The notes below the pieces were generated by a model. That model did no database searches. It was not told where the DNA came from and worked only from the letters and a program-made list of their open reading frames with translations. Both the position numbers and the translations under genes were made by a program. This document shows positions 50,600-64,000 of a DNA stretch of 64,000 bases, in pieces (position 1 is the stretch's first letter; the number at the start of each line of letters is the position of its first letter). Source of the DNA: Chiloscyllium plagiosum (Eukaryota); NCBI RefSeq assembly GCF_004010195.1, contig NC_057751.1, positions 12,071,508 through 12,135,507 of the forward strand, given 5' to 3'.

Positions 50600-53240
50600 G
50601 GGATAAAAGATCAGAAAACCTATTTCATGGACCTAGAGACTTCTAAGTATCCAAGGATCTGCTGCTGGGATGAAGTTACTTCCCTGCATTGGCTAAAGTA
50701 CACTTCTCACAATTTCAACAGCAGCCACCTTGAACCAGTAACACCACCCTACAGCAGGCACAGACATCTTTTCCATTGCATTGTGTCCTGCTTGGTCATG
50801 ACCCACTCCAATACTTGACACCTGAGGTTGTCGGGAAAGATAAGTTGTTCCACCTCCTACTTTTGTCATGGACCAGCTGAAAGCGAACCCCGTCCTCCCA
50901 TCTGATTGTCTTCCAACACCTCAACCATTGAAGTCTTGTGAAGCCCATGCTAATCAGCTAAAGCTGTGTGGAATCCTCTTCCAAGACAGATGGACAAACC
51001 GGACCTAACTCTAACTCTCTGGATTTGTGTTGGATCTCACTTGATAATACTCAGCCGAATCTTCGTTCAAATTTATGGGGAACTGGGGCTGGAAAATACT
51101 GCATTTGACTTGGGACACAGGCATGGCATTAGCCAAAGTCCCTCCAGCCCGACAGTGTGATTCCCTTCTGTGGTCATTCCTCCGACTAAGGGCAACAGCA
51201 ATTGCATGCATTTTCTCTGAGTGGATCTGGAACTGAAACTGTACAGGTTCAGTGGCACACTGCTATCTGCTCCAAGCTTGGTAGATGTTTGACAATTACA
51301 GTCAGTGCTGCTATTGCGCGCATTTCTTCAACACAAATTAGCTACAACGCGATTCAAGAATTTAGACCATTATTTAGAGAACGCAAACTTTCCTCACTTG
51401 TATTGGCTATAATTCAATTCTGGTCTTTTTGGTTTAAATGGTGCTGCTATTATGCAATTTTCTTATAATGCAGGATCGCACAGGAACAGAGCTATTGCGT
51501 TATATCACAACAGAGTGGATAGTTGTCTCTAAACACATCAAACCCTGAATCAATCAGAGTATGTCTGAACATCTGGGAAAATGTTCATCTTGAAGTAAGT
51601 GATTTGAGCTTTACATAGAAACAATTCTACGCATTTCTCTCATTTGACTTGAGACTGCAAGTGACATAAGTGGCCTTTATTCTTGTCTGCCAATGAACCT
51701 CTGTCAGAACTGCAAGTAAGGAAACTGTGTCAGTTTCCAACATAAAAGGGAGATGGAAATCCAAGTAGCCAAGGAAAGGTGATGAATCAGCTTCTGGTTG
51801 AGAGTGCAAGTTGCATCCTCACTTGCAGGAGTCCACCACCCTGCGAAGCTCTATCAAGTCTCACATCTCATTTTTTTTTTCTCACTGGTCCCTTCACCAT
51901 TCTCTGATTTCCTCAGCTAATCATGGAGTGGGGCCAGTCAACTGAGTACAGCATTCCACAAAACTCCTATAGTGGCCAGCTAGACCAAGGAACCCACATA
52001 GTTTCCTTCCTAACTTCAGAAGGGGCCATTCTTCTCCTGTTATGTTTTCTGGAAGTGATGCTGTCCTGCATAACAAAGTGCACAAGGGCTTTCATCTGGA
52101 AAAACTGGAATTCCTCTGGTTCGACTTTCAAGTTAAATTGCACACTGCAGAAATACTTTGCAACTTTGAGAGTCATAGAGATCTCAATCTGAGTTGGGGC
52201 TAAGTAAACTTATGTGTTGAGTGCCTGATAATGAACACAAATCATCAATGTTTCTGTCTTTCTTCCTCATGAGGAATATGGAGGAGGCATACAGACCTGA
52301 CAACTCCCAAAGCTTTCAATAAGTTATCTTAGACTTCACCCCATTGATGGGGTGAGATCCGGTTATAAGGAATCTTGTCTGGACAGTCACCTTCATCACA
52401 ATCCTGTTACTAACCAGGTCAGATTATCCAATATGAACATCATTTGGTGTGGTGCTGCATACTGAAAGCTGTCCTGTATTTAGTGAGAATAAAACCAAAC
52501 TGCCTTCTCTGGGTTTCTTTCAACTTGCCAATGTCCATTTCTGAAATGACGTTCACAACAACTCCTCTTGCTTATGAACTGTGTACAAAAATGACATCCT
52601 TTAGGACACTTCGGACCTTGGTTGGAAGTGATCACCTTTGTCACTGAAACGCGATCTGACTGAGTACTCCTTCCCTTTTTTCCCAATGGGAAATGGGAAA
52701 TTCCCAAACTTACACCAACTGGGAACTTTTCTGCACACCACATGAACAAGAAAAATGATGGTGTGGATGGGAGAAAGTACAGACCAATTCCCTGTTCCAC
52801 TCAAATAATTGTAAATTCCAATACAGGCTGATAGACCTCAAGTGATTGGAACAAATGAAAGATTCCCTGGACCCATCTGCTGACCTCAGAATGATCAGCT
52901 CATAGCAGTCATCATGCATCCTTTCCATGGTGTCCAGATCTCTCTTAACATCTTTGACCATGACACCACGTATGTTCACCTGAGCATCTTTTGGATGAAC
53001 TGCCAGAAACCCTAGGCTATGTCACATGCACTTGAAGTTAGACTACTTCCATGCGACCTGTCGGCTCAGTCCCTGTCACTCTATGTAAGAATGAGTCTCA
53101 GATTGAAGGAACCTTGTAGCATACCTTGCTCTCAGTAAGAGACCCAACCCATTTGAGGTCTGGCAAGAAGGAAAAACCATTGCACTGGATGGCGTCTCTG
53201 TGCCTGATGGTGTGGGTGGCATGGTTTTTCAGGATGTGGA
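50600..53240 (-). mobile_element. Highly decayed Gypsy/Ty3 pol region
   Basis: On the minus strand, in order: protease-like NIRG...LDT (~52930-52980), RT YASSIFLMRKKD / CVHYQALN (~52215-52295), and RNase H-like LGYLDFHLPFMLETD..LLAVL..SLKSNERN (51630-51790). Boundaries are approximate. Confidence 0.7.
51299..51517. mobile_element. Possible Tigger-type MITE nested in the Gypsy relic
   Basis: TA|CAGTCAGTGCTGCTAT.. start with an imperfect inverted end ..atatcacaacagagtg. Confidence 0.4.
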
Positions 53241-53259
53241 GGTGCCGGTGGGATCGACA

Positions 53260-54198
53260 AAGTTAAAAATCACACAACACTGAGTTATAGTCCAACAGGT
53301 TTATTTGGAAGTACAAGCTTTCAGAGTGCTGCTCATTCATCAAAGTGTCATACAACTGATGTGAAGTATTGAACAAACATAGATTGATGTTAAGTCTTCA
53401 ATCACTTAGGATGGGGATGCATGTTTTGATTGATTAATATGAAACTTCTTTCAAGTCACAGCCCCAAGATAACTCAAGGTTTTATAAAAGAAATGTGACA
53501 TTTCAGCCCAGACAATGCATTAAAGATGCATTAAAGATTAAAGTCTGTCTGTATCCCAATCCTGAGCCAGACTGGTTCTATTTCCAAAATAAGAATTTAT
53601 GAAATGTCACATGGACTAACTACCTACAGATAGCATAGTTTTTAAACAAAATAGAATGTATCTACAAATACAAATCTGCAAATGTAAATGCACCCCATAG
53701 ATGTGGGGGTATGTGTCTATGTGTGTGTGTGTGTGTGCACACGTGTGTGTCTGTGTGTGTGTGTTTGTGGGACAGAGGGAGAGGGTATGTACATGAGTGT
53801 GATGGAGTATGTGCCTGAGAGGGTGTGCGTGTGGATATGAGTGTGGGGGGGTGTATGTGTGTGTGTGTCTGACAGAGAGCATGTGTATGAGAGAGGGTCT
53901 GTGTGAGTGTGTGAATGTGATCGTGTGTGAGAGTGTGTGTGTGTGTGTCTGACAGTGTATATTGTAATGGGGTCATCTGTTATGTGACACAAACCTAAGA
54001 TCCTGGTTGAGGCTTCATGGACACTGAGGTTTATTCGATACTTCACATCAGTTGTATGACACTTTGATCTTTTACTATAAATGCTGTGTCCTATGCTCCT
54101 GCCCCACTAGCTACCTTAGAAAGGAGCAGTGCTCCGAAAGCTTGTACTTCCAAATAAATCTGTTGGACTATAACTTGATGTTGTGTGATTTTAAACTT
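53260..54198. mobile_element. PLE-type non-autonomous element with inverted termini and an internal (TG)n tract (~53715-53950)
   Basis: 53260-53322 is the reverse complement of 54136-54198, and 53341-53378 of 54029-54066. Hammerhead-like motif in both arms. Confidence 0.8.
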
Positions 54199-57100
54199 TA
54201 TAATTGTCCAGAGCAGTCTTGTTTCAATGGTTCAGCCTTGTCCCAATTCAAAGACCTCTCTGGAACATCTCTTGGGCAGGGTTGCCCATGAGACTTACCC
54301 TGAAGGCAGGACATCAAGCACTGGATCTGCAATTGCTGTGCATCAATTTGTTCCACTTGCTTTTTCAGCCTGAGTTCTCTAACCTCACCTACATGAACAG
54401 TCACCCCCTCTGAGGGCTGCCTCTTCCTTGGACTTGCATGTGGACTGCAGCGTTTCAAGAATGCAGCTCACCACCACCTTCTCAAGGGCAAGTAGGGACA
54501 AGCAATAAATGCTGACCAGCCAGCGACACCCACATCCCATGAGTGAATTTTAAAAATCCAGACAATGTGATTCCATGCTTCAAAGAAGAGGTTTTTCACT
54601 GTTAAGTTCCCTCAACTTCATCTGAAGCTTCCCTCAGCTAGGTAGTCTTTCAGCTGTCTGTCCCTGGGTAATCTCTTGAGGAATCCAGGAGGACAAATTC
54701 ACGCAAGTAATTTTATCGGCAAATAATGGCAAATCTCTTTCTCTCTCACAGCCTTTAAAATGACCTTCTCGCCTCTTCCAATGTCACATTTTGCAGCAGG
54801 CAGAGCTCCGAAACTAAAACCAGCTTTTCTTGACAGAAATGAAATGCCCAGGCTTCAATTTATTCCTGGGTTTGGATATTCTTTGTTGAGAACTTTGCTT
54901 CAGTGTATTCATGACAAAAAGATATTGCAGTTCTCTCGAGGGGAAATGACCACCTCTGGTCCCAATTGCCTTGGAATGGCACTGATTGCATCATGGGAGT
55001 CAATATCATGTCGATTGGAACATGTGCAAATCAATGATGCACAATGGCAAAGCAAAATGATACGATGAAATAAACGTTGAGGTGCAATTCCTGAAAGCTG
55101 CATGACTAGAAAGCAAAAAAGACAAAAGTAGGGCAATTTAAAAGGGGGATTTGTTATATTGAACATAACCAACAACTGATTCTCACTTGAGCCACATATA
55201 TCAAATGCTCTTAAGTGAAGGAACTCCTCAACATCCAGTCGAAAATGGCCATCCCCTTTTTCCGAGATGGCCAGGGGAAACAGGTTAGGTGCTGGACAGA
55301 AGCAATTATATTTTTCAATGAAATCACTTGTTGTTCTTCAAAGCTATACAGAGCATGTGCTCATTCTGCTCGATGTCTCCTCCCAAGAGAACTCTCTCAT
55401 CACCAGGAATCAGGCTGGTGAACCTTGGTTGCAACTCCACTAATGTAAGCATATAGTGCATGGACCAAAGCTGTGCACAGCTTTAGTCTTCCCAACATCC
55501 CATTCAACTTGTCACTTAAGTACACCCTGTTTTAAGGTATGTGGCTTGTCATATTGCATCACTGCCTCCATTCCATAAGACAAGGCGGGAGCTTTGACAC
55601 CTTGACATCCGGTCATCCCATGTTTTTGAAACATGCAGAAAATTATACATCAAAAGTACTTATCCCACAAAAATGTTATGTAGTGCACCCAGCAACCAAG
55701 GTGTCTTCAACATGCAATTCTCAGTACCTAGGCCGACTAGAACAAGAATGTTTTTGATCTTGTGGTCAGCAGGAAAGTAAGGTACTCAGTGCTGACCTTG
55801 AAGGAATCTGCACACAGAGATACTGTGATCTCTTTGAGAGGGGTTCTCCTTTTATCCCCAAGATTAATTGGAACCTTGTGACAATTCAATATATTTCCAT
55901 GTGTCCGGGAATGGGATATCATGCACCAGGTTAAATACACATGCTTTAAACTAAGAGATTAAATGAACTGAATATTCCTCATTTTGTACTGCATCCTCTT
56001 ACAGTGAATGAAACTAAGGTTGGGACATGCATGCACATTATGTTAAGCTGGAAGCTGAAAAATCATATCCTTTCACAATTTGTGGAGATTTGTGAAGTCC
56101 AACATTTTTTAAATGAGCTTTTCAGAGGAGAGATATTATTCAACAGTATTCATGAACTTTGTGTATCATTTAAAGTCTAGTCACACCTAATTTAATAAGA
56201 CACGCTTATTAACACTAAATCTAACAGAGTAGAAGGGCAAGTTCTCATCACTTCAGTGATTTCTAATTGTTTTTACACAGGAGGAATGTCAAGCACACAG
56301 CAATAGAAGTGCAGAATCACTGACATCAGTTGCTACATTTAACTGCATATCTGTGAACTTCTAGGATTTTTTAGATAAATAATGACAGTGAATGCTAATA
56401 GTTTGATGACTGTGACTACTGCACTCTCCAATCATAATTCACAAATCATGCCCTTTTAGAAGCATACCATAAATGTTGCTGTGACAGGCAAAAGTTAAGT
56501 GTGAATTTTAACAAAGATACGGATGAGGATTTTAGCAGTCGATAGACAATGGGAAATGACAAAGTCGGCCAATGTTAAACTGGCCGTGCACCTTTCACCT
56601 AAGTTTTAGAGTTTTTTTGTGTCATTTGAGTTTTTGTGGTTCTGAACTCAATTTTCAAAAGCAACCTGTGCTTAGCTTCCAGTTTCACAGACAAAACTGA
56701 GAAGGTTATTTTCAGTTCAAGCCGATTTTCTTTGTATGACCACAGTGAATCTTTGGGTAATGCTTGAGTGTTAGTGGTTGGAAACGATTGGTTCAAATGA
56801 TGAACTGTTCACACTCTGACTTAATAATTTCGACATCAAAAATTATTACAAATGCAGAAAGAGTCTCTCACTCATCCTCACTGCTATCTTTGTGACAATG
56901 CAAAGTGGCTTCAACTGCAATTGATATAAAAAACAAGGAAGGAAGAGCTGAAAAATTATTCCAAAGCACAGGAAAGCCAAATGATTTGAGACGATCTCAG
57001 GAATTATTTACTCTGTGTTTCACTGCGTACTGTATAATTCCTGTCTAGTACATCTTTGGGGTCCTTAAGATTCAGACCATTAGCATTAATATAAAGCCAC

Positions 57101-57379
57101 ATTCATATTTTCAGCACTACCAAATAAGGCATGACTGAAACGAGATGCAGTTTGAAAACTAAAAGGCAAAAATCCATGTTTACAGCAATCAATGGTGTCC
57201 AAACAAAATTACTCTTCGATGGAATGCAGAACAAATCATGGATTTGGCAGTTTCAAACCCAATTGCTGCATTAACCTGTTAGGTTTATTTAGGTTTCTGC
57301 CTTTTGGTTTTCAAACTGCATCCAATTTCATGATAGAAGGTGGGTCAGCCATGTCTTATTTGTTAATGCACGCATTCTC

Positions 57380-57760
57380 TCAGTAAGAAGGATGTGGCTC
57401 AAAAATTCTATGCTGAGGCTCCAGTGCAGTAATGAGTGAATGGTGGACCATCGAAGGTGGCCTCCGACAACTGAGATGATGAAACAAAGTCCTGCCTGTT
57501 ATCAGGTGGAGGTAAATTATTCCACAACAGCAGGGAAATTCTTCTGGTGCCCTCAGCAATATTTTTCCTCAATCGACATCACTCAAAATAGATTTTCTTG
57601 GCATTATCATGTTGCTGTTTGTGGGATCTTACTGTGCACACATTGACCGTGAGACATTTTACATCACAATTGAAATAACTCTTCAGAAGTATTTCATTTG
57701 CTGTAAAGTGCATTGGGACAATCTCTGGCCTTGAACATTACCATGAGAGTGGAAGTAGTT
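57380..57760 (+). mobile_element. Deu-domain SINE (SacSINE1-like)
   Basis: ctccagtgcagtaatgag...tcaggtggaggtaaa...cattatcatgttgctgtttgtgggatcttactgtgc...tgtaaagtgcattgggac. Confidence 0.7.
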
Positions 57761-58604
57761 CTTTTTATATATTCTTAAATATTCCTCAGTCATTGTCATT
57801 CCTTAGGATAATGTTAGATGTATTTTCAGTCCCTCCTTAATGCAAATAACCAGGTTCAAATGTCATGTCCTCAGCAGACTTTAAAAGCATCATTAAGTTT
57901 TGAAAACATGTGTGTGACATTCCACAAAAGTCTAAAGGTCATGCTGATGTTTAAAATGTGACATCAAATCTTGTGGGATTTTCAACTCAATATTTTGGCA
58001 TTGCTTTTCTAATTGCTGCTGGATGGCAACCTTGAAACAACGAGTGTTGTAGGAATTTAGTCAAATAACTAAATCATTTCAAAAAAGGTGAACAGCACTG
58101 CCCCCCAAAAAATTGATTTGCCAATAATTAAGAGATGACTTTAATGATGCTCCAAAGTCGCATTCCATTAGAAATTATTTCAACTGATTTGTAATGTTAC
58201 CTAATTTTACCTTAGCAATCCAGCTCGCAAAATTAGGACTGTTGGCAAAAATGGTTGTATATCTATCATCTGTTATTATCTTAGAGGGTCTGAGGCCAAA
58301 GGGAGTGAGGGATCTGGTATTGGTTATATATTAATTGAAGATAATTAGCTGAAAACGTGCATATATATAAAGGGGGAACAAATCAGCAATCGGGTTGAAG
58401 TTGTCAGTGTGTGAGATGGAATTAAACTCTGATTGGGAAAGCATATACCAGAGCTCTGACGGAGCAATATTTTAACTCTGATATTCATAACTTTCTAAGT
58501 CACTGCTCATTGTTTGCTGCTTGATACATCACACTTCTGCTGTTATATCTCTGCTACGACATATTCTGAAAGTCACATTTTCTCAAATACATTTTTCACT
58601 TCAC

Positions 58605-58890
58605 TGAGGCACAGCTCATCAGATGACATTTTCCTGAGTCAAAAAGCTGTTGTTTCAAACCCCACTTTAGAGCTTGGGAGCATAAAAAAAAATTAAGGGT
58701 ATACTCTAGTGTACTGCTGAGGGACAGCCAAACTGTTAGAAGTGTTTTCTTTTGGATCAGATGTTAAATAGAGGACTCCTAGAATGAGAGATGAGAGAGG
58801 GAATGAGAATGTGAAACATAATCCCACATCTCCAGAAGGAAGATACAGCATGTACATGTCCAAGAGGAGTAACTCCAGGGTTGCTCAGGA
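58605..58890 (+). mobile_element. Deu-domain SINE 5' part, decayed
   Basis: ctgagtcaaaaagctgttgtttcaaaccccact...tactctagtgtactgctgaggga. Confidence 0.5.
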
Positions 58891-61854
58891 AAAAGGAGTG
58901 AAGAGTGCCATTTCTTGAGATGTTTTGGCTATGGCTGTGTAGGGAAGCGTTCCATATGACACAGCAGTCAAAGAGCAAATTACTCCTCATTCAGAGGAAT
59001 GCCTTTTTAAATTTAGGTTAGGGATGTTTTGAAGTACTGACAGTGTTGAAATGGAATGATTAAAAAGGAATTATCAGAAAGATGTGCAGGAATTTGGTAA
59101 GTAACAACACGCTCAATAATTATGAATAGGAAAAGGATGTTAAATATAGCACGGCAATTTGCAAGAACAGGAATTGAGAGTGAAGTTTTTCAGTAAATGG
59201 GTGCTGACAGTGAAGATTTGTGTGTCTTATGCAGCAGGGAGGGGAGAGGTTAAATGGACTATAATTGAGGTACAAGATATAATTGTGATCTTCAGGTCAT
59301 GCTTTGATGGATGCTTTGATAGGTCACTGGCAGTTACAGAAGCAATTTTATACTAATTGCAATGCTTTGCCAAATGCCTAGCACATTTTTGTTTTGGAAC
59401 TTTTCATAAAATATTTTTGAAGTCAACCATTTCAGTACATTAACACTTGGAGTATCATTATGACAATAGCAGGACTGTGTTTGTGGGCCACCATACTTTA
59501 GAACAAGCGCCAGGTGTTAAACTAAAATGCTCATGACTAAAAACTAGGCAATTTTGCTTCATTTCAGTGTTGCGTTGCATGGGCTACATGTAAATGTAAT
59601 ATTGCGACCATCAAATTACATGATACTCTCTGTTCGTGTGCCTGCTGTGAGAAGCTGATTTGATGCAAATGTGATATTTCTTTCCATCTGTGACTGGGAG
59701 CTGCTGTAATCAATGAGATGCTCTCAATGTTACACAAGAGATCCCTTCTGGGCTGCAGTGTGTTGAACATATTTGTGCTGATTTTACATAGCACACTTTG
59801 AAGACTGTCATTCTGGCTTCTCTGAGTAATTCACTGCAATTTTTGGTCTGTCTTTCTTAAATTGTTCACTGTTAAAATATTGAAATGCAAAAGCAGAGAA
59901 TTAAGTACTTTACAGCAAGGAACTGTATTTTATGTCAATTTTGGGAGCACACAAATGAGGAAAAGGATTGGAAAAGACTATCAGACTTATCCAGATTCAT
60001 ACACCATTTGACCACTTATTTACTAGGGGAAAGAAAACCTCATGAATTGATTAAACACTCAGGAAATTCCTCTCAAAACCAACAAGTTAATTCTGTGATA
60101 TTTTAGAAGACTGTGAGTACTTGAGTCACTATCATTTCAGATAATAACTTACTGCCGACCTGTAAATATGTCTTCTTTACCCAGGAACTTCTCAAGTTGT
60201 CTTTCAAAGAACTAGAGTGAATTTATAACCAGTGAAATGTTTCTCAGTTCTATTGCAAATATCTTGGTGAAAAGAAAACTTCCTGAGAACCAACTTAACA
60301 ATTTAACTGAAAATATATGTGCCAAGCTCACAGTTGTACTTTCCCTATACAGTGTCAACTTTGATTGAATCAAATCCATTCACCATTCAAAATACCTGAA
60401 CCTTCTAAATATGTTTATCCCAGGTTAATGGTCATGACTTTTTGCTAGTCTCATTAGAAAGAAGCCTGAAAATGTGTTATAATTTTCTCCAGAACTTTGG
60501 CATAATTCTTCATATACAGACTGCACATGAGACAACCATGTTCCCAAGTGCAGCTGCAGCACAGATACAATGTCGCCGAAGTACAAATGCTTCTTATCTT
60601 ACACGTAGTGGTCACAGATTGTGTGAAACAGGCCACCAGGTTTCCATCATGAGTATTTAGTAATTTTTGGACAATGGAAATTACATTTAAAGTCAGTTGC
60701 ATGGCTCAAAGAGATGGAGCTGGTAAAACGTGATGGTGCACTTTCTCAGATACCCAATTGCCTCTGTATTTCTCACTTGGTAATTTTCCAATTGCAGCCA
60801 TGCAACTTTGTGGAGATTCAGGCAAGAATGTACAAATTTCACGACCAAGTGAGGAGGACAACCGAACTGAGGTCTGCTCAACAAAGGGAGAAAATTTGGA
60901 AGGATCGAATAAAATAGTAACTTTGTCATGGACAGGTATTCAAACATTTGAGGAATTATGTAATATATCATAATTATTAAATAATTACTTCTTAAGTGAC
61001 TCACCATTGAGAAGGAGCTAGGATGAATTTGCCAGTGTTTCTCTTCACAATTGAGTTTGATACATTCCTGTTGCATTCAAAATCGCCCCACTGTTAAGGC
61101 TTGCAAGTTAGAAAAAGATTAATGTTGCACATGCAGTAAAACTTTAAAAATTTTCCAGTGATCCTAAAATGCTTTCACGTGAGCACCACCAAAGAGCTTC
61201 GCTTCCTTGAGGAAAATGTATGCTTGGATTTACAGGACAATGAAGTTGTAAATCAGGGGGAGTTCATGATTAATGGTTACTCTGATAATTACTTGGGTTG
61301 TGACAAGTTGCCAATTTAGTTAAGTGCACAGAGTGTAAGTCATCAAAATGTGCAGGTTATTTCACATGAACATTGCAATATTAGCTCAAGAAGGCAAAGG
61401 ATTCCCTTCTTGCCATGAAGCAACAGTTCTGCTGGACTGGATGAATTACTTCCCTGAAAAAAAGAGAAGTTCAATCATGGTTAAAAAATTATTTCAATTT
61501 GCAATGTCCAATATCACAATGGATTAAATGTTCTCATTTAATGAAGAAAATCAGCACACTAACTTTCCAAAACTGTGTTTTCATTTATTAAAATTTATAA
61601 TTGATAGATATTCAGAATATTTTTCAAACAAGGATAAATGTGCATTTTTATTGTAGATGAAGATCACATTGGGGGCCACGTAATGAGATTGCAGTCTGAA
61701 TATTACTGCAGAGTGTGAAATATCATATATGATCAGTTCTGTAGAGTTCAAAAGTTCATTTTCTTTTGTTTTTGCTGACTGTAGCAGTAGGAGAAGATGC
61801 CAATGATTTATATGTTCCTTGCTGTCAATGGGTAACAGCATATTCAACAATAAT

Positions 61855-62650
61855 AACATGCACTTGTGTGATGCATTTAACATAGTTAAATATCCCAAGT
61901 GGCTACATGGGGGTGCTATTGTACAAAATCTGACACTGAGCCATATATGGTGATATTTGAACAGATAACTCAAAGCATGGTCAAAAGATTAATTTTTAAA
62001 AACTGCATCTTAAAATGAAATGCAAAGAAACGGAGAGACCCGAGATGTCAATGGTAGAGTAAAGGAAATCACGGAAAGCTAGATTTGCAAGAAAGCTCGA
62101 GGTTTAGAGGGTTGGAGAAAGTTAAGAGGTAGGGAGATGAGGACACAAGAATCAGATCTCAAAATCACAATTTTGCCCATGTGGGAACCAAGGTAGCTGC
62201 GCATGGCTTGATGGATGAATGAGACTTAGTTTGAGTTACAAGAACAGCAGAGTTTTGGATGAGTTCAAGCTTACACAGGGTGCAAGGCGAGAGATTCACC
62301 AGGAAGATATTGAAATAGTTGAGATGAGAGATTACCAAAGCTTGGATGTGAATTTTAGGAGGAGATGACCAAGGTAAAGGTGGAGATAGCAATTAGGGTG
62401 AACATTGATGAGCTGCATGATGTTGAAGGTATGGAGTTTGAAGCTCTGATCAGGGTTAAATATAATGCCAAATTTTCAATGGTTCAGCTTCCAATATTGG
62501 ACATGGAATGAATGCTGTTGTTGCTGAGGAACTTTGTTAAGGAACAAGACAATGGCTTTTGGCTGCCTATATTTAATTGGAGGACATTTTTGCTGATCAA
62601 TATAGAAGGTTATATAAGGAATATGACAAATCAGAAGCAACTGAATGAGT
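61855..62650 (-). mobile_element. L2 LINE 3' portion, decayed
   Basis: IQALVISHLNYFN..L..L...TL.KLELIQNSA matches the L2 consensus IHAFVTSRLDY.N.LL.GLP....KLQ.IQNSAA. Confidence 0.8.
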
Positions 62651-63099
62651 TGAGAAAGCTGGTTACAATACTTTTTGTTTGGTTGTGATGCAAAGGATAT
62701 TTATAAATCTGCAGAGGTACAAGGAAAATAGGGGCTTTCGTTAAGAAAGATCCAACTGTGGCTTCATTTCACCACGAGGCTGCAAAATAGTGTATGATCA
62801 TGACAAGATGGACAGAAAAAGAACTTAAAGAGGGAGGTTCCAGCCACTTCCCATCGTGAGCTATACTGTGCTCATTAGGATATCAGTCAGCCTTAACCCA
62901 TTATACTAACTCTCTGATTCCAGCCATTTCACTATTATGGTGAAGTTGATCTAATTGCACATGTGGATGTAGTACCTGACCTTATATTGCCAGATTTTGT
63001 TGCTGAGGGCAGCACTCAGTTGAGAAATGCGAGGGGTCAAGGACAGAGGAACCTTGAACATAACAGGATTAAAGGCAGAATGTGATATTTAGTGAAAAG

Positions 63100-64000
63100 A
63101 AAACCTATGGGATTAAAGGCCCAGTGGTTTTGTGGGGACAGAAAGCAGAGTGTAATGTTGAACAGTTGTTTTTCAGACTGAAAGGAAATGTTCAGAGCTT
63201 TCTCCATGGGGTGTTTGAAATAATTGTTCCTTTACTGCTGTGAATTACCTAGAATTGAGTATGCAGGCTATAACTTCAGTGTTTAAAATAATGTGAAAAT
63301 CAAAAATACAGTAAACTATGAGGACAAAAGGAGCAGACACTGTGAGGATGTACTTAGATAAATGAAATAGCTGGATGGATGGAAGATAAAAGTGTAAATT
63401 GATCCATTGGGGTTGGAAGACTGAGGAGGCCTGCATGGTAAGTTTTACAGTGCAGGTGCTGCTGAAATGGAGATACTTTGCAATGCATGCCCAGTGGTCT
63501 TTAAACATTGCATGAAAACTTTGATAAGGCTGATAAAAGCCAGATAAGATTCTCAATCCTGTAAATTGTGGCAGTGTTAAAAAAGCAACAAAGTTAGGCT
63601 TCACATTTGTAAAGCACTGGATCTGTCCAAATTTTAGGAATGAAGCCAAATCTGGGAATTGCACTTTAGCAGGGACCTCAAGGCCTGGGAAAGGGTCCAG
63701 AGGAACATTAAGGAACAGTGCTACATTTGAAGGACTTCAGTTTTGTGGAGAGACTCAAGAAACCATGATTGTTTTCCTTTGAATGAAGGAGGTTGGCACG
63801 AAATTTGATGAAGCAGCTTACTATCATGAAGTGGTTTGCCACTGTAAATAAGGAGAGATCATTTCCAGTGACTTAAGGGTCAGTAACAAGAGACCATGGA
63901 TTTTTTTCAGCTAAGTATTAAAGAATCATGGGATGCTCTGAGGAAAAATGCATTACTCAGCAATAATTTATATTTCATTGCCTGAAGGATGACAATCATG
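63100..64000 (+). mobile_element. Old CR1 fragments (~63100-63260 and ~63510-64000)
   Basis: cagaaagcagagtg...gttgtttttcagactg; gaaagggtccagagg; aacaagagaccatgga. Confidence 0.55.

Noticed and set aside
53616..54046. His/Thr-rich ORFs
   Set aside because: Translations of the (TG)n tract.

Overview
Eukaryotic, repeat-dominated DNA. The HE1-type V-SINEs, Deu-domain SINEs and HER1-like CR1 LINEs point to a shark or ray (inference from family recognition; no database search was run). The only convincing host gene is an intronless TC1-family gene (TCIM/C8orf4-like, 41276-41596, +). It has a TATA box, strong Kozak context, an AU-rich element, AATAAA with a GU-rich downstream element, and CpG-rich surroundings. 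A second CpG island at about 5.8-6.4 kb looks like the promoter and first exon of an unidentified minus-strand gene that runs out of the left edge. The rest is mostly decayed mobile DNA: many CR1 copies (one near full length), an L2, a second LINE family, Penelope-like elements (PLEs), Gypsy remnants, a solo LTR, Tigger- and Harbinger-like relics, SINEs, and a 598-bp assembly gap. Most notable non-genic observations: (i) three distinct PLE end families each carry a minimal hammerhead-ribozyme motif, one with an intact core at 30061-30088, and they often occur in inverted or tandem pairs; (ii) a ~1.1-kb segment (20310-21400, -) has features of an orphan rDNA 5' external transcribed spacer and stops at the TACC that would begin 18S; (iii) several short local direct or inverted duplications. 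I cannot support a wholly new biological system. Most ORFs in the supplied track are transposon debris or spurious. TE boundaries are approximate.
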